A stretch of DNA of 64,000 bases from the human T2T-CHM13v2.0 reference genome, Homo sapiens. The DNA is taken from the NCBI RefSeq assembly GCF_009914755.1, contig NC_060944.1; one strand, written 5' to 3'. The position numbers and the translations under genes are program-made. This document shows, piece after piece, positions 31,950 through 48,155 of this stretch (position 1 is its first letter; every line of letters starts with the position of its first letter). A model generated the notes under the pieces. It was not told the DNA's origin. It saw only the letters and a program-made list of their open reading frames with translations, and did not search any database.

Positions 31950-32225
31950 TTTATTTGTTTGCTCTCAAAATGATGCCAACATAACAAAAATTTAGAACAA
32001 TGTACAGCAGCCAGTATAGAATCCCTAAGATAACTATAATATTTTTAAATAAATAATGCTTCATATTTTTATTGTTTCATGGCATTTCCATTCACGAATC
32101 ACCTTTTTTCCTAAATAAGTGTATCTATAATTTTATGAGTCATTTGTCCAAATATGTAGAACAGGGCTTTGGGAGAAAACAAATACACTCACAATTTTTC
32201 TCAATTGCCAACAGACTAGTTTATT
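31950..32225 (-). terminator. MKKS: Proximal MKKS 3' UTR poly(A) signals
   Basis: AATAAA (minus) at 32220-25, 32068-73, 31950-55. Confidence 0.6.
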
Positions 32226-32257
32226 TGTTTCTCTTGTAATACGAACATGCTATTCTC

Positions 32258-32698
<441 letters not shown>

Positions 32699-33311
32699 CT
32701 AAAGAGTAATAAAAACATTGAAAACACATACAAAGCAATTAATATAAAATGTTTCAGAAAAATAAGATACTGAAATCAAAATCTTATTCCTAAAGTAATT
32801 ACTTACTTTCATTTAATTTGGGGTCTGGCACAATGCTAACGGGCTTGTATGGGTCAGCCGGCCGGGTTGCAAACCCTTAACTAGGTTGGTTATAGTAAAA
32901 ATGTATTAAAAATGTATATACTACCAGTCATGTTACCAGAATGAGTGAATCAGAATAACCCCACCATCAGCTTATTCTGAATGAGGCTTGGTAGTGCCTC
33001 CTTAATACATGAAGGACTAGGCATAATACATGTATTACAGGTTTTTCTGCACACAGGAGGAAGTTCCTGAAGACTGATGTCCCAAATGGAGTACTTATTT
33101 ATCTCTGCAAAATGTTTGAGATTTGCTTAAAATGGGAATGCACATATTTTTATTTGGAAATCATGATGTAAATTTTCATATCAATGTTTTAAAAATGAAT
33201 ATTCTTCTCTTTAAATTAATGAAAAGGTAATAAGACCTTAAACAGTCTTCTGGTTCCACTATTTAAAAATGTTTATCCTAGAAATTCCATGATAAAAAGA
33301 AAAATTAATAT

Positions 33312-33650
33312 ATAGCCATGCACCACATACCAACACTTCAGTCAATGATAGACTGCATATACAACAGTGGTCCCATAAGATTATAAGGCCATATTTTTAC
33401 TAACCTTTTCTGTGTGTTGATATGTTTAGATACATAAATACCATTGTGTTACAATTACCTACAGTATTCAGTACAGTAATATGCTGTAAGGGTTTGTAGC
33501 CTAGGAGCAATAGGCTATACCACATAGCTTAGGAGTGTGGTAGGCTCTACCATGTAGGTTTGTGCAAGTACACTCTATATTGTTTGCACAACAATATTGT
33601 CTAATGATGCATTTCTCAGAATATATCTTTGTTAAGCAACATGTCTGTAT
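33312..33650 (+). mobile_element. Tigger3a-like DNA transposon
   Basis: gtggtcccataagattataa and terminal gttaagcaacatgtctgta. Confidence 0.8.
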
Positions 33651-34572
33651 TAGCAAACTAATAACTGAATGATGGGTTAAAAAATCCATATCTTAACTGC
33701 TTAAAAACAGTGACTACTTTCCTACTCAAGACACCTCCTTCCTCTAAAAAACTTTCTCTAGTTTATCAATTCCATTTCAGAATACATTATTGTCCATTCA
33801 GCACCAATAGATTGGCACAAATTTTGTTTTCCATAATGTATATTCTGATAACTTTTCATGAATGTGCTTTATCTTCAAAGAGATTCTAAGTTATTTGGGG
33901 AAGGACAGGGCATGTTTACCCAATGAATCGATTGCTAATATCTGGAAAACACCTATACCTTTTTCTATCCATTTTCAAATAAAGTAGGCCAGTACTTATG
34001 AAATAATCAGAACAACAATGCACTAAACTTATCTGAGAGCTGTCAGGAAATGGAGTTTCCTAGACCAATCAAAAAATTCTATTTAGTGTAATTAATAAAT
34101 AACATACATAAATACCAATTTTAAAATTATAATAGAATCTAATATGTGAATTGCTTAAATAAATGAAACTTTTCTTGATGCTCTAGAAGATACTGAAGTA
34201 TTCTGTAGAAACTTGGCCCTTTTGTTTGTGAACATCAATTATTACTGTATTGCAGCAGTTGAGATCTCTAAGAGAACTCCCAATAACAGAATGCTAGCTT
34301 CAACATGCAGAACATGTAGACAATACTCAAAGAACGTGATCGCTTGCTTAAATATTTTTATAATAATCATTGTAATAAGGATATTACCTTATATTTACCT
34401 TGTTATTTCCCTCAAGTGTTTTTGATTATCTACTTTATTTAGACTACTGAAAAATTCAGTGTTAAAGGCTACAAGTTTACCTGTATAACAAACCTATACA
34501 TGCACCCCTGAACCTAAAAGTTAAAACTAACAAAAAGACTATAGGATATTATGATTTTGGCTTATTATCTCA

Positions 34573-34737
<165 letters not shown>

Positions 34738-35623
34738 CTAAGAAAAAACCCAAATCATCAGAATCAGACGTTCACATCATATTAACACACAAAAAATCAT
34801 GCTCTCAAAGCATCATAGTGAATACAGAGAGTGTGATTTTAATTACAAAAGAACAAAACTTGTGTGGTGCCAAGGTTGTCATGTGATTAATACATTCTGA
34901 ATAGTAAGGTTTAGAGATTAAGGGAAGATACTTCAGTCAGAAGTTTGTTTTCACGGAGCCAGATTAGTATTTTCTTTCATATACACTTAGCTCTTCAAAC
35001 TGAGACGAATATATGGCCTCAAAATATCTGGGTCAACAAGGTTTGCTGACACTTCCACTAAAAAAATCATTTCAGTCTAAATAATAAATTTATTTTGAAT
35101 GGATTTGGAAATAATACAGTTACATCCCAGCAATAATAAATAAAAAATCACACAGACCTTTAACATTTACTAAGGATATATCCTTGAGCATACATGAATC
35201 TTTAAAACTTGTGACCAATCCCATAGATTATCATTTCCCTTGTATAAAAGTTGCATGTATTATTGCTGGCAGAGAACAGGAAACTCTGCTAAGAAGTGGA
35301 TGATGGGTATTGACTGGGGAACTCATTTTTCCAAGTGAATTATTCATACACATTACCATCAAAGACTACACAATTCAAGCTAATTTCTTAGAAAAGTTCG
35401 CATGTCAAGGGCCTTTTAGGTTTCTAGTAAATAGTAGAAATAATAAATGGCAACACATGCCAAATTTATTATAATGCCACAGGCATTTAAATTAGCTTAC
35501 TTGTGACTTTGCATCAATCATTTTAATTTTTGCTTTCTATACTACCTAGGGAAGCTACGAAAAAAAAATCATAATAACTATTGAGTGACTAATTCCTCCC
35601 TCAGCCTCTGCATATGGAATTCA

Positions 35624-35821
<198 letters not shown>

Positions 35822-36701
35822 TTAAAGATTAGAAAATACAAGTTGTATAAGCAAAAGTGGAGCAAACAACCATTTAAAAGTATATTTATTCCTAGCCAAC
35901 ATAAAAGCCCCACAAGCATATAATTTAAAATATGAAATACAGGATAAATAAGATGAATATTCCTAAACTGCTAAGTTATATTCTGCTATTAAAATGATAT
36001 ACAAATAAAGTAAAGTAGAAGTTATTTTTGTTTACAGATCTCTTTGAAAATCTTTTAGAAGTCATTTTGTACTGTCTTCCCAGAAAAGGGCACATACAAT
36101 TTTGCATACATTTTCAAGGAATTCAGAAAACCCTCAAAGCCCATTCAGGGTTTAGAGACCCCAAATTAAGAACTTCACTAATTTGGATTACGGGTGATGT
36201 GACAGGCTATTTTTTTTTAAAGGCATTATTATTTTCAATTTAAAATAAATGCTGCTATCCAAATAGTTGTGTAGTTGAATTCCTTCGGGACGCTACATAG
36301 TGAATATGTAAGAATTATTTTTTTGTCTGGCAACTATTTATAAAATAGCTAACTGAATTATGCCAAAATAAAGTGACATGCTTATTTCACTGCTATTATT
36401 TGATATATTAAGTATTTTGTCCTCCTACCTGCACATGTAAAATAGTGAAGTTTTATAAACCACAAGTAAAAATATGAATAAAGAAGTTAGCGTGACTTGA
36501 ATTTTCCAAATCTCCAAACGTAATGGAAGTTATGTAAGAAAAGAAACCTACATCAAACTCCTACAAGAAACAATACTAAAGTCTAAAGCTATAATTCTGA
36601 GCCATTCACCCCTTTCAGCTAGTTTCCTTTTCTTTCAGACTCACCTTTAAAAGATGGTTTCTTTCAAACTAATGGGGTTTAGTTTGAAAGTCTAAAATGT
36701 C

Positions 36702-36988
36702 GGCCGGGTGTAGTGGCTCATGCCTGTAATCCCAGCATTTTAGGAGGCTGAGGCGGGCATTGCCTAAGGTCAGGAGTTCGAGACCAGCCTGGCCAACATG
36801 GTGAAACCCCGTCTCTACTAAAAATACAAAAACTAGCCGGGCGTGGTGGCAGGTGCTTGTAATCCCAGCTGCTTGGGAGGCTGAGGCAGGAGAATCGCTT
36901 GAACCTGGGGGGCAGAGGTTGCAGTGAGCAGTGAGCTGAGATTGCGCCACTGCACTCTAGCCTGGGCAACAGAGCGAGACTTTGTCTC

Positions 36989-37015
<27 letters not shown>
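36702..37015 (+). mobile_element. AluS inside the duplicated intron 3 segment
   Basis: Alu consensus; TSD-like aaagtctaaaatgtc / aaagctaaaatgcc. Confidence 0.95.
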
Positions 37016-37019
<4 letters not shown>

Positions 37020-37330
37020 AAATGCCTAAAAACACTTCCATCTCAAAAAATTTATAGAATATAATCACTAAACAATTTCACTTATTTGAATATTGTTTAC
37101 TTCTGAAATATTCAAGAATAATGAATACTTTAAAAAAGTGATCTAAGTAAAAAACCCAAAATCTTATAGTATAATTTCTTTCACATGGTGGGAACAACAG
37201 ATTCTGCATGAGAAGACCGGCTCTACTGCTTATCAGCCACTGGATGCTGTCACTCATGTCATTTAACTTTTCTGCCTCCCTCACATGAGAGGCAAGTGGG
37301 GATAATAATGCATACTTCACAAATAAATCA

Positions 37331-37705
<375 letters not shown>

Positions 37706-37792
37706 CTACACAACCTATATCATTAATAAACAGGAATTTTGTTTGAAGGCCTGAAATGAGGTAATGTTAACTTAGATTACCAGGGGAGATAG

Positions 37793-38420
<628 letters not shown>

Positions 38421-39447
38421 AAGTGTCCCATATTTTAAAAATGAGTCTGGAAGACCCAGTATTCACAAACTGGAAATTGCCAGATTCATGCAAAGCTAGT
38501 AGATATTTAAGGCTATCAGTCTGACTTACCATACCAACAACGAGTTCCAAGGAATTATTTCCATTATTAAGAAACTCTACTTTTGACAGTCATTTGAGTC
38601 TTACCAAGGTAGGGCAATAACCCAGAGATATTATGTATTCAACACTTGGCATACATATGGCTCCTTTTTGATAATTTATACTAAGACTTTTATTAAATAA
38701 ACTTTAACAATGGTTTAAGTCTAGTAACTTAAAAATTGGAAACAATGCAGACTAAATGATCATCTTTCTGATAGATTGTCAAAGCAGTTAAAGGATACTG
38801 AAAAGTAGCTCACATCAGGAACTCTTCAGCTTGTCATTTTTCTTTGGCTCTAACAGTACTTATATCTGCTTTTAATTTGCTGAGTTTGTAAAATACAGTG
38901 AATTTTTTGCCTATTTTAGTTCTGTATATTACCAAATATATTTCGGTCAATTCAACGAACACTTTAGAACACCCACAGTGGGCCAGGCCTGTAATAGGTG
39001 CTGAAAGTAAAAGATGATCTTGGTTCTCAAGGTCAGGTGGGAACAGTTTTGATATAGGTAAAACATAGGTGCATGTACATCCCCCTCCCATTAGAAACAA
39101 CTACTTAAGGAGAAGTACAGAAGTTTGCTGGAATTATGACAAAGTGAAGAAAAAGGGTCATTCTAGTTACAAAATTACTTTCTAAATATAACATGATTTA
39201 AAAGTTTTGTCAATTGAGGCTGAAGAATTTTGTGTAAAGTATGAAAGACCTTAGGATTATGGGGATGTTAGACTTCTCAATAACCTGTAAAATATTTGGG
39301 GGTTAGATGATATAGTACATTAGGGGGCTGAAAATACATAGAAAATGGCTATAATCACTGCATTTTTAGTATGTGAACAATACAGGATCTTTTCCAGAAA
39401 CCTTTGCTGCCAGAAATGATACTGACACATGCTGGGTCAATTTTTCA

Positions 39448-40530
<1,083 letters not shown>

Positions 40531-40556
40531 TCAGGTGGTAACTAGTGAAGACCGTT

Positions 40557-40739
40557 TTTATTTTGTAAACCACATTTTTCTATTTATTGCATTATCACGT
40601 TTTAACATTAAAAATTATTCTTTAGGAATTAAAGTATGAATATGCAGCATTGTGGCTATAAAATCAAAAAGTTCAATGTTTATGAAGCTAATCAGCATAG
40701 AATGATTTAATGACAAATTAGTAATTCCAAATATTTATT
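40557..40739 (-). terminator. Cluster of poly(A) signals between microprotein ORFs and MKKS ATG
   Basis: AATAAA at 40734-39, 40583-88, 40557-62 and ATTAAA at 40706-11 on the minus strand. Confidence 0.7.
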
Positions 40740-40744
40740 TTACT

Positions 40745-40897
40745 TCACTCTTCAATACTCTTTTGTTTGCTTTGAGACTGAAATTTTACAGACTGCTTTG
40801 CAGACCTCTGCAAAAAGTATGTTCCAAGATGGACACCTATGAAAGATATCCCAGCTACAAGAAGCCAGTTCTTTCTAATCCAACTGGTATTTTTCAT
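40745..40897 (-). CDS. 50-aa single-TM microprotein uORF (uMKKS2-type; MKNTSWIRKNWLLVAG...QKSIEE)
   Basis: First ATG in exon 3 (G at -3); hydrophobic WLLVAGISFIGVHLGTYFL; AATAAA 6 nt after the stop. Confidence 0.85.
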   Translation of the reverse strand: MKNTSWIRKNWLLVAGISFIGVHLGTYFLQRSAKQSVKFQSQSKQKSIEE

Positions 40898-41272
40898 CTC
40901 TTCTTTCGATATGAAGCTCAGATTCAAAGCTGCTTCTTTACCTAATAAATAATAAAAAAAACATTTTAGAGAAATACTTCCCAAGCAGTTTGTAGACTGC
41001 AGTTTAATAATTTATTCTAATGCTCTGCTGCCTTTTTAGAAAAAGGAACTACTAACTGGCACAAACGTCCAGAAAATGAGAAAGGTAGACCAACTTTGAC
41101 TTAAAATTCCTTTATTCTTCAATAAATCCCCTCTACAAGAAAAAGTGCTTGTATTTCAGTGATTCTGTAAGGCACAACAACATGGCTAGAAAGCTTACAG
41201 CACAGTTATTTGAATATGGCATGCTTCTAGGAGAGAAATGCTACGATATAAAACAGAGAATTAGGTCTCTGA

Positions 41273-41587
<315 letters not shown>

Positions 41588-43784
41588 TAAAAGAAGTCCC
41601 AAATATCTTTATTCTCCAACATGAAGATTTAATATTATGTTTTTATCTATAATTGTGGTTTGCTTGGAAACTTTAGGTTTGAACAGAAGTGCATTTATAT
41701 CAAGTCATGTTTGTAAATAATTATAAAAACAAGATAGCTGTTGGCATGTCTACTGCAGGAACTCACTAATGTATAGTCTATATTTAGCTGAATAATTCTG
41801 CACAACACATTGTACCAAAAAACAAACCATGTTTTAAACACCTGGCTAAAGTCAGAGCTAATTTTCTATCATTTTACGTTATCAATCAATGATTTTCAGT
41901 TTTGGAAATCCTAGTCAACGAATCCTCCCCAAAGCACTGGTTAATGACAGTACATGCAAAAACCAAGGGATATGCTGGATAACAACAACAATAAAAATAG
42001 GATCTGAGTTGCAATTCAATTTCAAAGTCTAAATACCATAAAATGTTATATATCAAAAGGACATGTAGAAATACAATTCTAGTTTCCTTAACAAGGTAGT
42101 GTCCTTGCTAAAAAAAAGTGTGCCTTGAGGCATAAATTCCTGACACATTAATAATAATGTGTGAAAAGAATAAAAACGTTAGATCATAGATCTTATCTGT
42201 TGAGGCCGGGTGTTTTAAAGGTATATTATTCGTTAGTATTTCCAGGAATATGCTGAGTATGGTAGTGTCCAGGAGAGCATTTAGCATAAATGAAACAAAT
42301 CTATTTAGCCTAAAGTACTTCCTAAAAGTAGGCTACAGCATAGTATGGTGATCAGACCAAAACCTTGATTTGAAGATGTGCAAAGAGGTGGGCAGAACAA
42401 GGGAATGTTATGCAAATGTTATTTTGGTTACCATTCCCAATTTAGCTAAAGGGCTGTAACCATGGCAACTGGGCCCAAATAAAGGGCAATGATGGTCAGC
42501 TTTCTTCCTGTGGTGATAAAGCTATTGTCAACTTTTGTATGGCATGAGGAGGGAAAGAAAAATCTGTTTATTGATGCCAGGAACAGCCAAGGTACTTAAA
42601 TATTTCAATGGCTATTACAGATTCAGCAAAATCTGAGAAATACATTTAAATGAAACCTCACAAAGTGACTTCTATATGTTAATTTGCACGTTAAAACTTA
42701 CATACACACCCCACAATAAAAACTATGATTAAGAAAATCGTTTTTCTAGTTAGAACATTTTCAATACTTAATAGTGTCATGTAACTTTTCAAAAACAGAA
42801 TGCCATGTTGGCACCTCTGTCAGTCTTACAGTAGTGAGACCAGTACACATATCTTTTGGCTAGTATTTCATTAAAATGACAAAGAAATCACTGAAAGTGG
42901 TAGTGACTCCCAAATCATTTTAAAGATGCCAAAACTTGTTGACCTGTGGTCACAGGTCTAGACCTGAACAAAAGAAGGTACAAGAAAGAGAAAAGAGAAA
43001 AAAAAACCAAACCACTGGGGCTGGTTTATAGAACATGTTTGGAAGTATCAGTTCAGCTCTATTAAAACTCTTTCTTCCTAAACAAGGTGCTCCATAATTC
43101 CAAGAGTTACCATTAGACGAATGGTCCTGACTATTCTTGGATGCACGGGCTTGGCAGATGGGTTTTTGTTGTTGTTGCAGTGATGGATAACTTAATTAAA
43201 ATAACAGTAAAACTTGCATGACTTCTTCTAAATTAAGAGGTGCACTATAAAATATGATTTAAAGAAAATACAAACAGGTGAAAGTTTTTCCTAAAAGCAA
43301 ATGGAGTTCTTTGGCAAAAAGAATGATTATAGGTATGAGGTAAGAAATACACAAGGTAAGCTGGGGTCCTTTTCTGCCCAAAAGTAAGGATGTTATTAAA
43401 GACTACGTGGGTCATATCACAAGGACAAAGGAAAAACAACAACAGGAGTCAACTTGGAGAGGATCCAAAATGGGACAACTTTAGCATTAAAAAAAAACAT
43501 GACGACAGCAACAGATTAATATAACTGAAATAAATGCAAACCCACAGGTTCATACTAACACCAAAAACAAAAACCCTAAGTGGCTTGAGCACTCATTATT
43601 ATAAAAACCAATAAAGGGAATTACAGGGATAAAACATTAATCTTGCTTTCCTTGTATAAATGCATTTTGGGGTAACTGAATAGTTGACGATGGAAAGTTG
43701 TTCCAGCTAATAAATGGAGAAGGAATGATAGAATTTGAGCAGCATCATTTGGCAACCCCTAATGAAATAGTGCATTAGACCCAT

Positions 43785-44012
43785 ATATGGTGGTTGGTAA
43801 ATTAAGCCTATGGACCATATCCAGACTGCTGCCTGTTTTTGTAAATGAAGTTTTATTGGAAAGCAGCCATGCTCATTAATTTGTGTACTGTGTATGAGTG
43901 CTTTTACACTACAACAGAAAGCTGAAGGGTTGGTATAGACACTATATGATCTGCAAAGCCTAAAATATTTACTATCTGATCTTTTATAGAAAAAAAGTTT
44001 GCCAATTTCTAG
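43785..44012. mobile_element. MER58A-like hAT MITE
   Basis: gcctgtttttgtaaatgaagttttattggaa...gcctaaaatatttactatctg. Confidence 0.8.
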
Positions 44013-44062
44013 GTTACAGCAATGATAATGAATAGTCGCTAATAATTATTAAGTAAAAGATC

Positions 44063-44690
44063 ACCTGGCCAACATGGTGAAACCCTGTCTCTACTAAAAA
44101 AATACAAAAAACTAGTCAGGTGTGGTGGTGGGTGCCTGTAATCCCAGTTACTCGGGAGGTTGAAGCAGGAGAATCACTTCAACCCAGAAGGCAGAGGTTG
44201 CAGTGAGCCGACATCACCCAACTGCAGCCTGGGTGACAGAGTGAGACTCCATCTTAAAAAAAAAAAAAAAAAAATCAAAGGGGAACTTTATAATGGAAAG
44301 AAACACTGCTAACTTGCCTGTTAATCTTAGCAACACTGGCTAGACGCAGTGGCTCTTGCCTGTAATCCCATCACTTTGGGAGGCCAAGGCAGGAGGATTG
44401 CTTGAGGCCAGAAATTTGAGACCAGCCTGGGCAACACAGCAAGACCCTGGTTCTAAAAATATTTTAGAACTTAGCCAGGTGTGGTGGCGGATGCCTATAG
44501 TCCCAGCTACTTGGGATGCTGAGGCTGGAGGATGGCCTGTGCCCAAGAGTTTGAGGCTGCAGTGAGCTATGATATGTTACTGCACTGTAGCCTGGGTGAC
44601 AAATCAAGGCCTGTGCCCAAGAGTTTGAGGCTGCAGTGAGCTATGATATGCTACTGCTACTGCACTGTAGCCTTCTCTGTAAAAAAAAAA
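44063..44690 (+). mobile_element. 5'-truncated Alu (44063-44274) and AluJ with internal duplication (44338-44690)
   Basis: Alu consensus; right-arm segment repeated. Confidence 0.88.
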
Positions 44691-46267
44691 ATCAACATCA
44701 TCATCAAAAGTGGATCAGACATTATATATGAAACAACATGATTACCTAGGATCTATTCCACAGTACCATCCATGAAGTATTCTTGTTCAAAAAGTAAATT
44801 AAAAAAACAAATGAAAGTAGCCTCTTGATATAATTACGAGATTACAGGAAATAGGGGAGAGAAAGAGGAAATTGTTAAATGACAAGATGAGGAAGCAATC
44901 AGCCAAACTGAGAATGTGGGAAATTTTTTAAAAGGCAGATTTAGGAGGGGAATTGAAAAGAGATATTATCTATCAAATGCAATACGTAGACCTTGTTTGG
45001 ATCCTGATTCCAACAAACCACCTGAAAAGATTTTTTATAGACAAATTCAGAAATATAAACATGGCCTTGGGTATCAAATTGTAGGTAAAGAGTCACTGTT
45101 AAGTTTTTCTAGGTGATAATGCAAATGTGTTTGTGTATGTGTGTTTATTCTTACTGTTAAAGACACATACAAAAGGACTACATAGTGGAGCTTAAGATTT
45201 GATTTAAAATATTCTAGCAGTTCAAAAAACAGAGGAAAAGATGGATAAAAGAAGACTGGCAAAACGCTGTTAACTATTAAAGCTGGTTGTGGCGAAATGC
45301 CCTTAACTATTAAAGCTGGTTGTGGCAAAAGGCCATTAACTATTAAAGCCAGTTGATGGATACTTGAGGGCTCAATATACTATCCTCTCTTTATCTTGAG
45401 GCATGTATGTAATTTTCCATAATGAAAATAAGAATAGAAAATAAGAGACAAATAAATGCATTCTTTTGATGTACTTCAACTATTCGGAATTTGTGTTTAA
45501 CTTACTCTAAATCCGGCTCTAACTTTTGCTTACTAAAAGCCTGTTTAAATATCTGCTTCTGCTTGCTTGACTGGAAATGTTAGCCTCTAAAACTTTTAAC
45601 TATTGCTGCACTGGCATCTAAAATCTCTTACTACATTCACCTAACATTTTAGAGGAGATTCTTTTCTCAGCTCTATTTTTCCTCCAAGAGTATTTCTTTT
45701 TGCATGAGAAGAAACTACTTGATTTTCTTCCTCCAAAGTTTGGCCATACCTGGCCTCCAAACTGTTAAGACATCTTTTTGTTCTTTACTTCTTGTCATAA
45801 GTACAATATACATACATAATATAATGGTCTTACTAGTCTGAAAGACTATATATATAAAAATCCAGCACCTAATAAATTCTCTAACTCCCTGCTTATATAT
45901 ATTAAAACTCTTCCTATAAATACAAATTTTATATAGAATGTCCTAAAGTTACTCTTTTAAGTTGTTAAGCTTCTATGTTACTACCTGGCTTTTATATTTA
46001 ATAATTGTCTAATATATTAAGCTATGCTCTTCCACTTCTGCTTATGAACATTTAAAAGTAAAATCTTGATTTAAAATATTGTTGAAACCAGTAATTATAC
46101 CAAAAGTCAAAATCTCAGACCAAGGCTTATAAATAAGGAAAATCTTACTGAGGTTCTTCTTCCATAAAGAGCAGAACCTTACACTCATCTATCTTATAAC
46201 AAAACTTAGAGCATATTATTCACCTCAAGGTTAAAAAGTAAATTATAATAGAAAATGCTTTACAATT

Positions 46268-47072
46268 ACAGGGTCACAGTTCTTTATCTGAAACTCCTTG
46301 GGCCAGATGAGTTTCATAATTCAGAATTTCTTAGATTTTATAAATACAATATAGTGTATATAACATACATAATCAATATAATCATAATATAGTATAACGC
46401 TATATTATAGTAAATCAAACGTGACAAATGCCAATAAAATTTCTGCAGTGAAACTCAATTTTCATATTAAGTGGAATAAAAACAGTGACCTCCCCCATTT
46501 ATCTATGAGGGATATGTTCCAAGACCACCCAGTGGATGCCTGAAACTACATATAGCACTAAACCCTATATATACTATGTTTTCTTCTTGTACATACATAC
46601 CTATGATAAAGTTCAATTTATAAATTAGGCACAATACTCCTGTGCTTTGGGTACATTGTGAAGTAAAGTAACAGTTACCTGAACATAAGCGCGGAGATAC
46701 CACCACAGTTGATCTAACCCAGAGTGCTGCTAAGTGACTAACGAGCAGGTAGACAGACAAGGGAATGACTCACATCCTGCGTGGATGAAGTAGAATATCC
46801 CAGGATTTCATCATGCTACTCAGAAAGGTGCATAATTTAAAATTTATGAATTGTTTATTTCTGGAATTTTCTATTTAATATTTTCAGACTAGGGTTGACT
46901 GCAGGTAACTGAAACTGCAGAAAGCCAAACTGCGGATAAAGGGAGACAACTGCACTGCAAATTGCCTCATGTCAGTTAAGATCAAGTTTTGCTGTCAAAG
47001 GAGTGAGGATAAAATGTTTTGGTTTTGAGAACTTTTTGAATTTTGGAATTATGGATAAGGGACTATAGACCT
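46268..47072. mobile_element. MER44/Tigger7-type element (~46483-46953) nested in another Tigger-class MITE
   Basis: gttccaagacc..cagtggatgcctgaaact; outer inverted ends ...tttatctgaaa / ggataagggacta. Confidence 0.7.
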
Positions 47073-47553
47073 AAATTATATAACTTCATCCTCTTTATTT
47101 CAGTGACTCTCAAAAGTAACAAATTATGGTCAAGCTAAAATAGTTGATGTTAAGAAATGAATACAATTAGTTTTGTATTGTTAAAAAAAAAAGAACACTA
47201 ATAGAAGAAAATAATCTTGTATAAATTTGGACTTTTGTGATATGTAATGGTAAGGAGTCAGGGGCTCCTTTGCACACATTCATGATCCTGGTGATGCTGC
47301 TAGCAAAACTGCTCTTTCCCTTTGCATTCAATTGACTGCCAGGCAAGTGTCAAATGTCTCTGCACAACGAACTTTTCTAGAAACAACTGCAGAATAGTAT
47401 TTTGCCAGTGGGTCACAATAAAAACAACAGGTAACTTACCAATTTAGGCTTTTCCTTGCCAGAGATCTAAAAGATTGAGTTTCCCATTGTTGGAATGTGC
47501 CATATGATTAACCAACCAGATTAAATGGAACTTACCTGAAGATTGCAAGCCTG

Positions 47554-47745
47554 CTACTTCCCCTGGATTTGGCTCTTCTGAAGATTTGAAAGTCCCAGAC
47601 TATCTTGCTCAGGAATGTCGTCGTTTTTAGGTATTTGGAAAACAGGGCTGCTTTTGATTCTGTACCACCCCAAATGTATGAGCCCAACTAAAGGGACCAT
47701 AACAACCAAAACTTTGTAGTCTCTCCACAAGTTCCGAAGGCTCAT
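47554..47745 (-). CDS. 63-aa single-TM microprotein uORF (uMKKS1-type)
   Basis: Wholly inside exon 2; A at -3; hydrophobic VLVVMVPLVGLIHLGWY; consistent with the reported mitochondrial MKKS uORF peptide (from memory). Confidence 0.88.
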   Translation of the reverse strand: MSLRNLWRDYKVLVVMVPLVGLIHLGWYRIKSSPVFQIPKNDDIPEQDSLGLSNLQKSQIQGK

Positions 47746-47758
47746 AGTACTTCAGCAT
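47627..47758 (-). CDS. 43-aa out-of-frame overlapping uORF (MLKYYEPSELVERLQSFGCYGPFSWAHTFGVVQNQKQPCFPNT)
   Basis: Translated by hand; ATG 13 nt upstream of the 63-aa ORF, weak context (C at -3, C at +4). Confidence 0.55.
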   Translation of the reverse strand: MLKYYEPSELVERLQSFGCYGPFSWAHTFGVVQNQKQPCFPNT

Positions 47759-48155
47759 CAGTGTACCTAAGAAAAGGTTACAGTTAGAGGAAAAAAACCA
47801 CTAAAACCCATAACCTCCCTTTAATTACATTTCTAAATCACTACAAGTAGCATGCTGTACTCTAACAAATGCTGACTGTTAAACATTTTAAATTATAATA
47901 CATTGCAATGTTAATAAACAAAAAGAGACATGTCATTGACCCAAAGGGAGCAGGCAGTCAGCCTTGGGAAACTTACAGAGCAATACTGACTTTTTGGCAA
48001 CAATTGCAAAGGAGCAACATTACCTGCTGGAAAAGCTATATGAATCTTTGAAAACACACATGCATGGAGTGTTCTTTAAATATATTAATGTTCTCTGAGC
48101 CACAATAGAGTAAGAGCCTTTTTTTAAATTATATTTTTTAAAAATTATAATTACA

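Larger units (their letters stand above)
47536..47766 (-). other. MKKS: MKKS exon 2 (231 nt leader exon carrying uORFs)
   Basis: Acceptor CTTTTCTTAG|GTAC at 47766, donor CAG|GTAAGT at 47536. Confidence 0.9.

Noticed and set aside
40898-40984. 29-aa N-terminal extension of the 79-aa ORF
   Set aside because: Starts at a non-ATG codon in intron 2, upstream of the acceptor at 40941; the first exonic ATG is 40897.
44534-44672. ~60-nt tandem duplication
   Set aside because: Internal duplication of an AluJ right arm; no sign of function.
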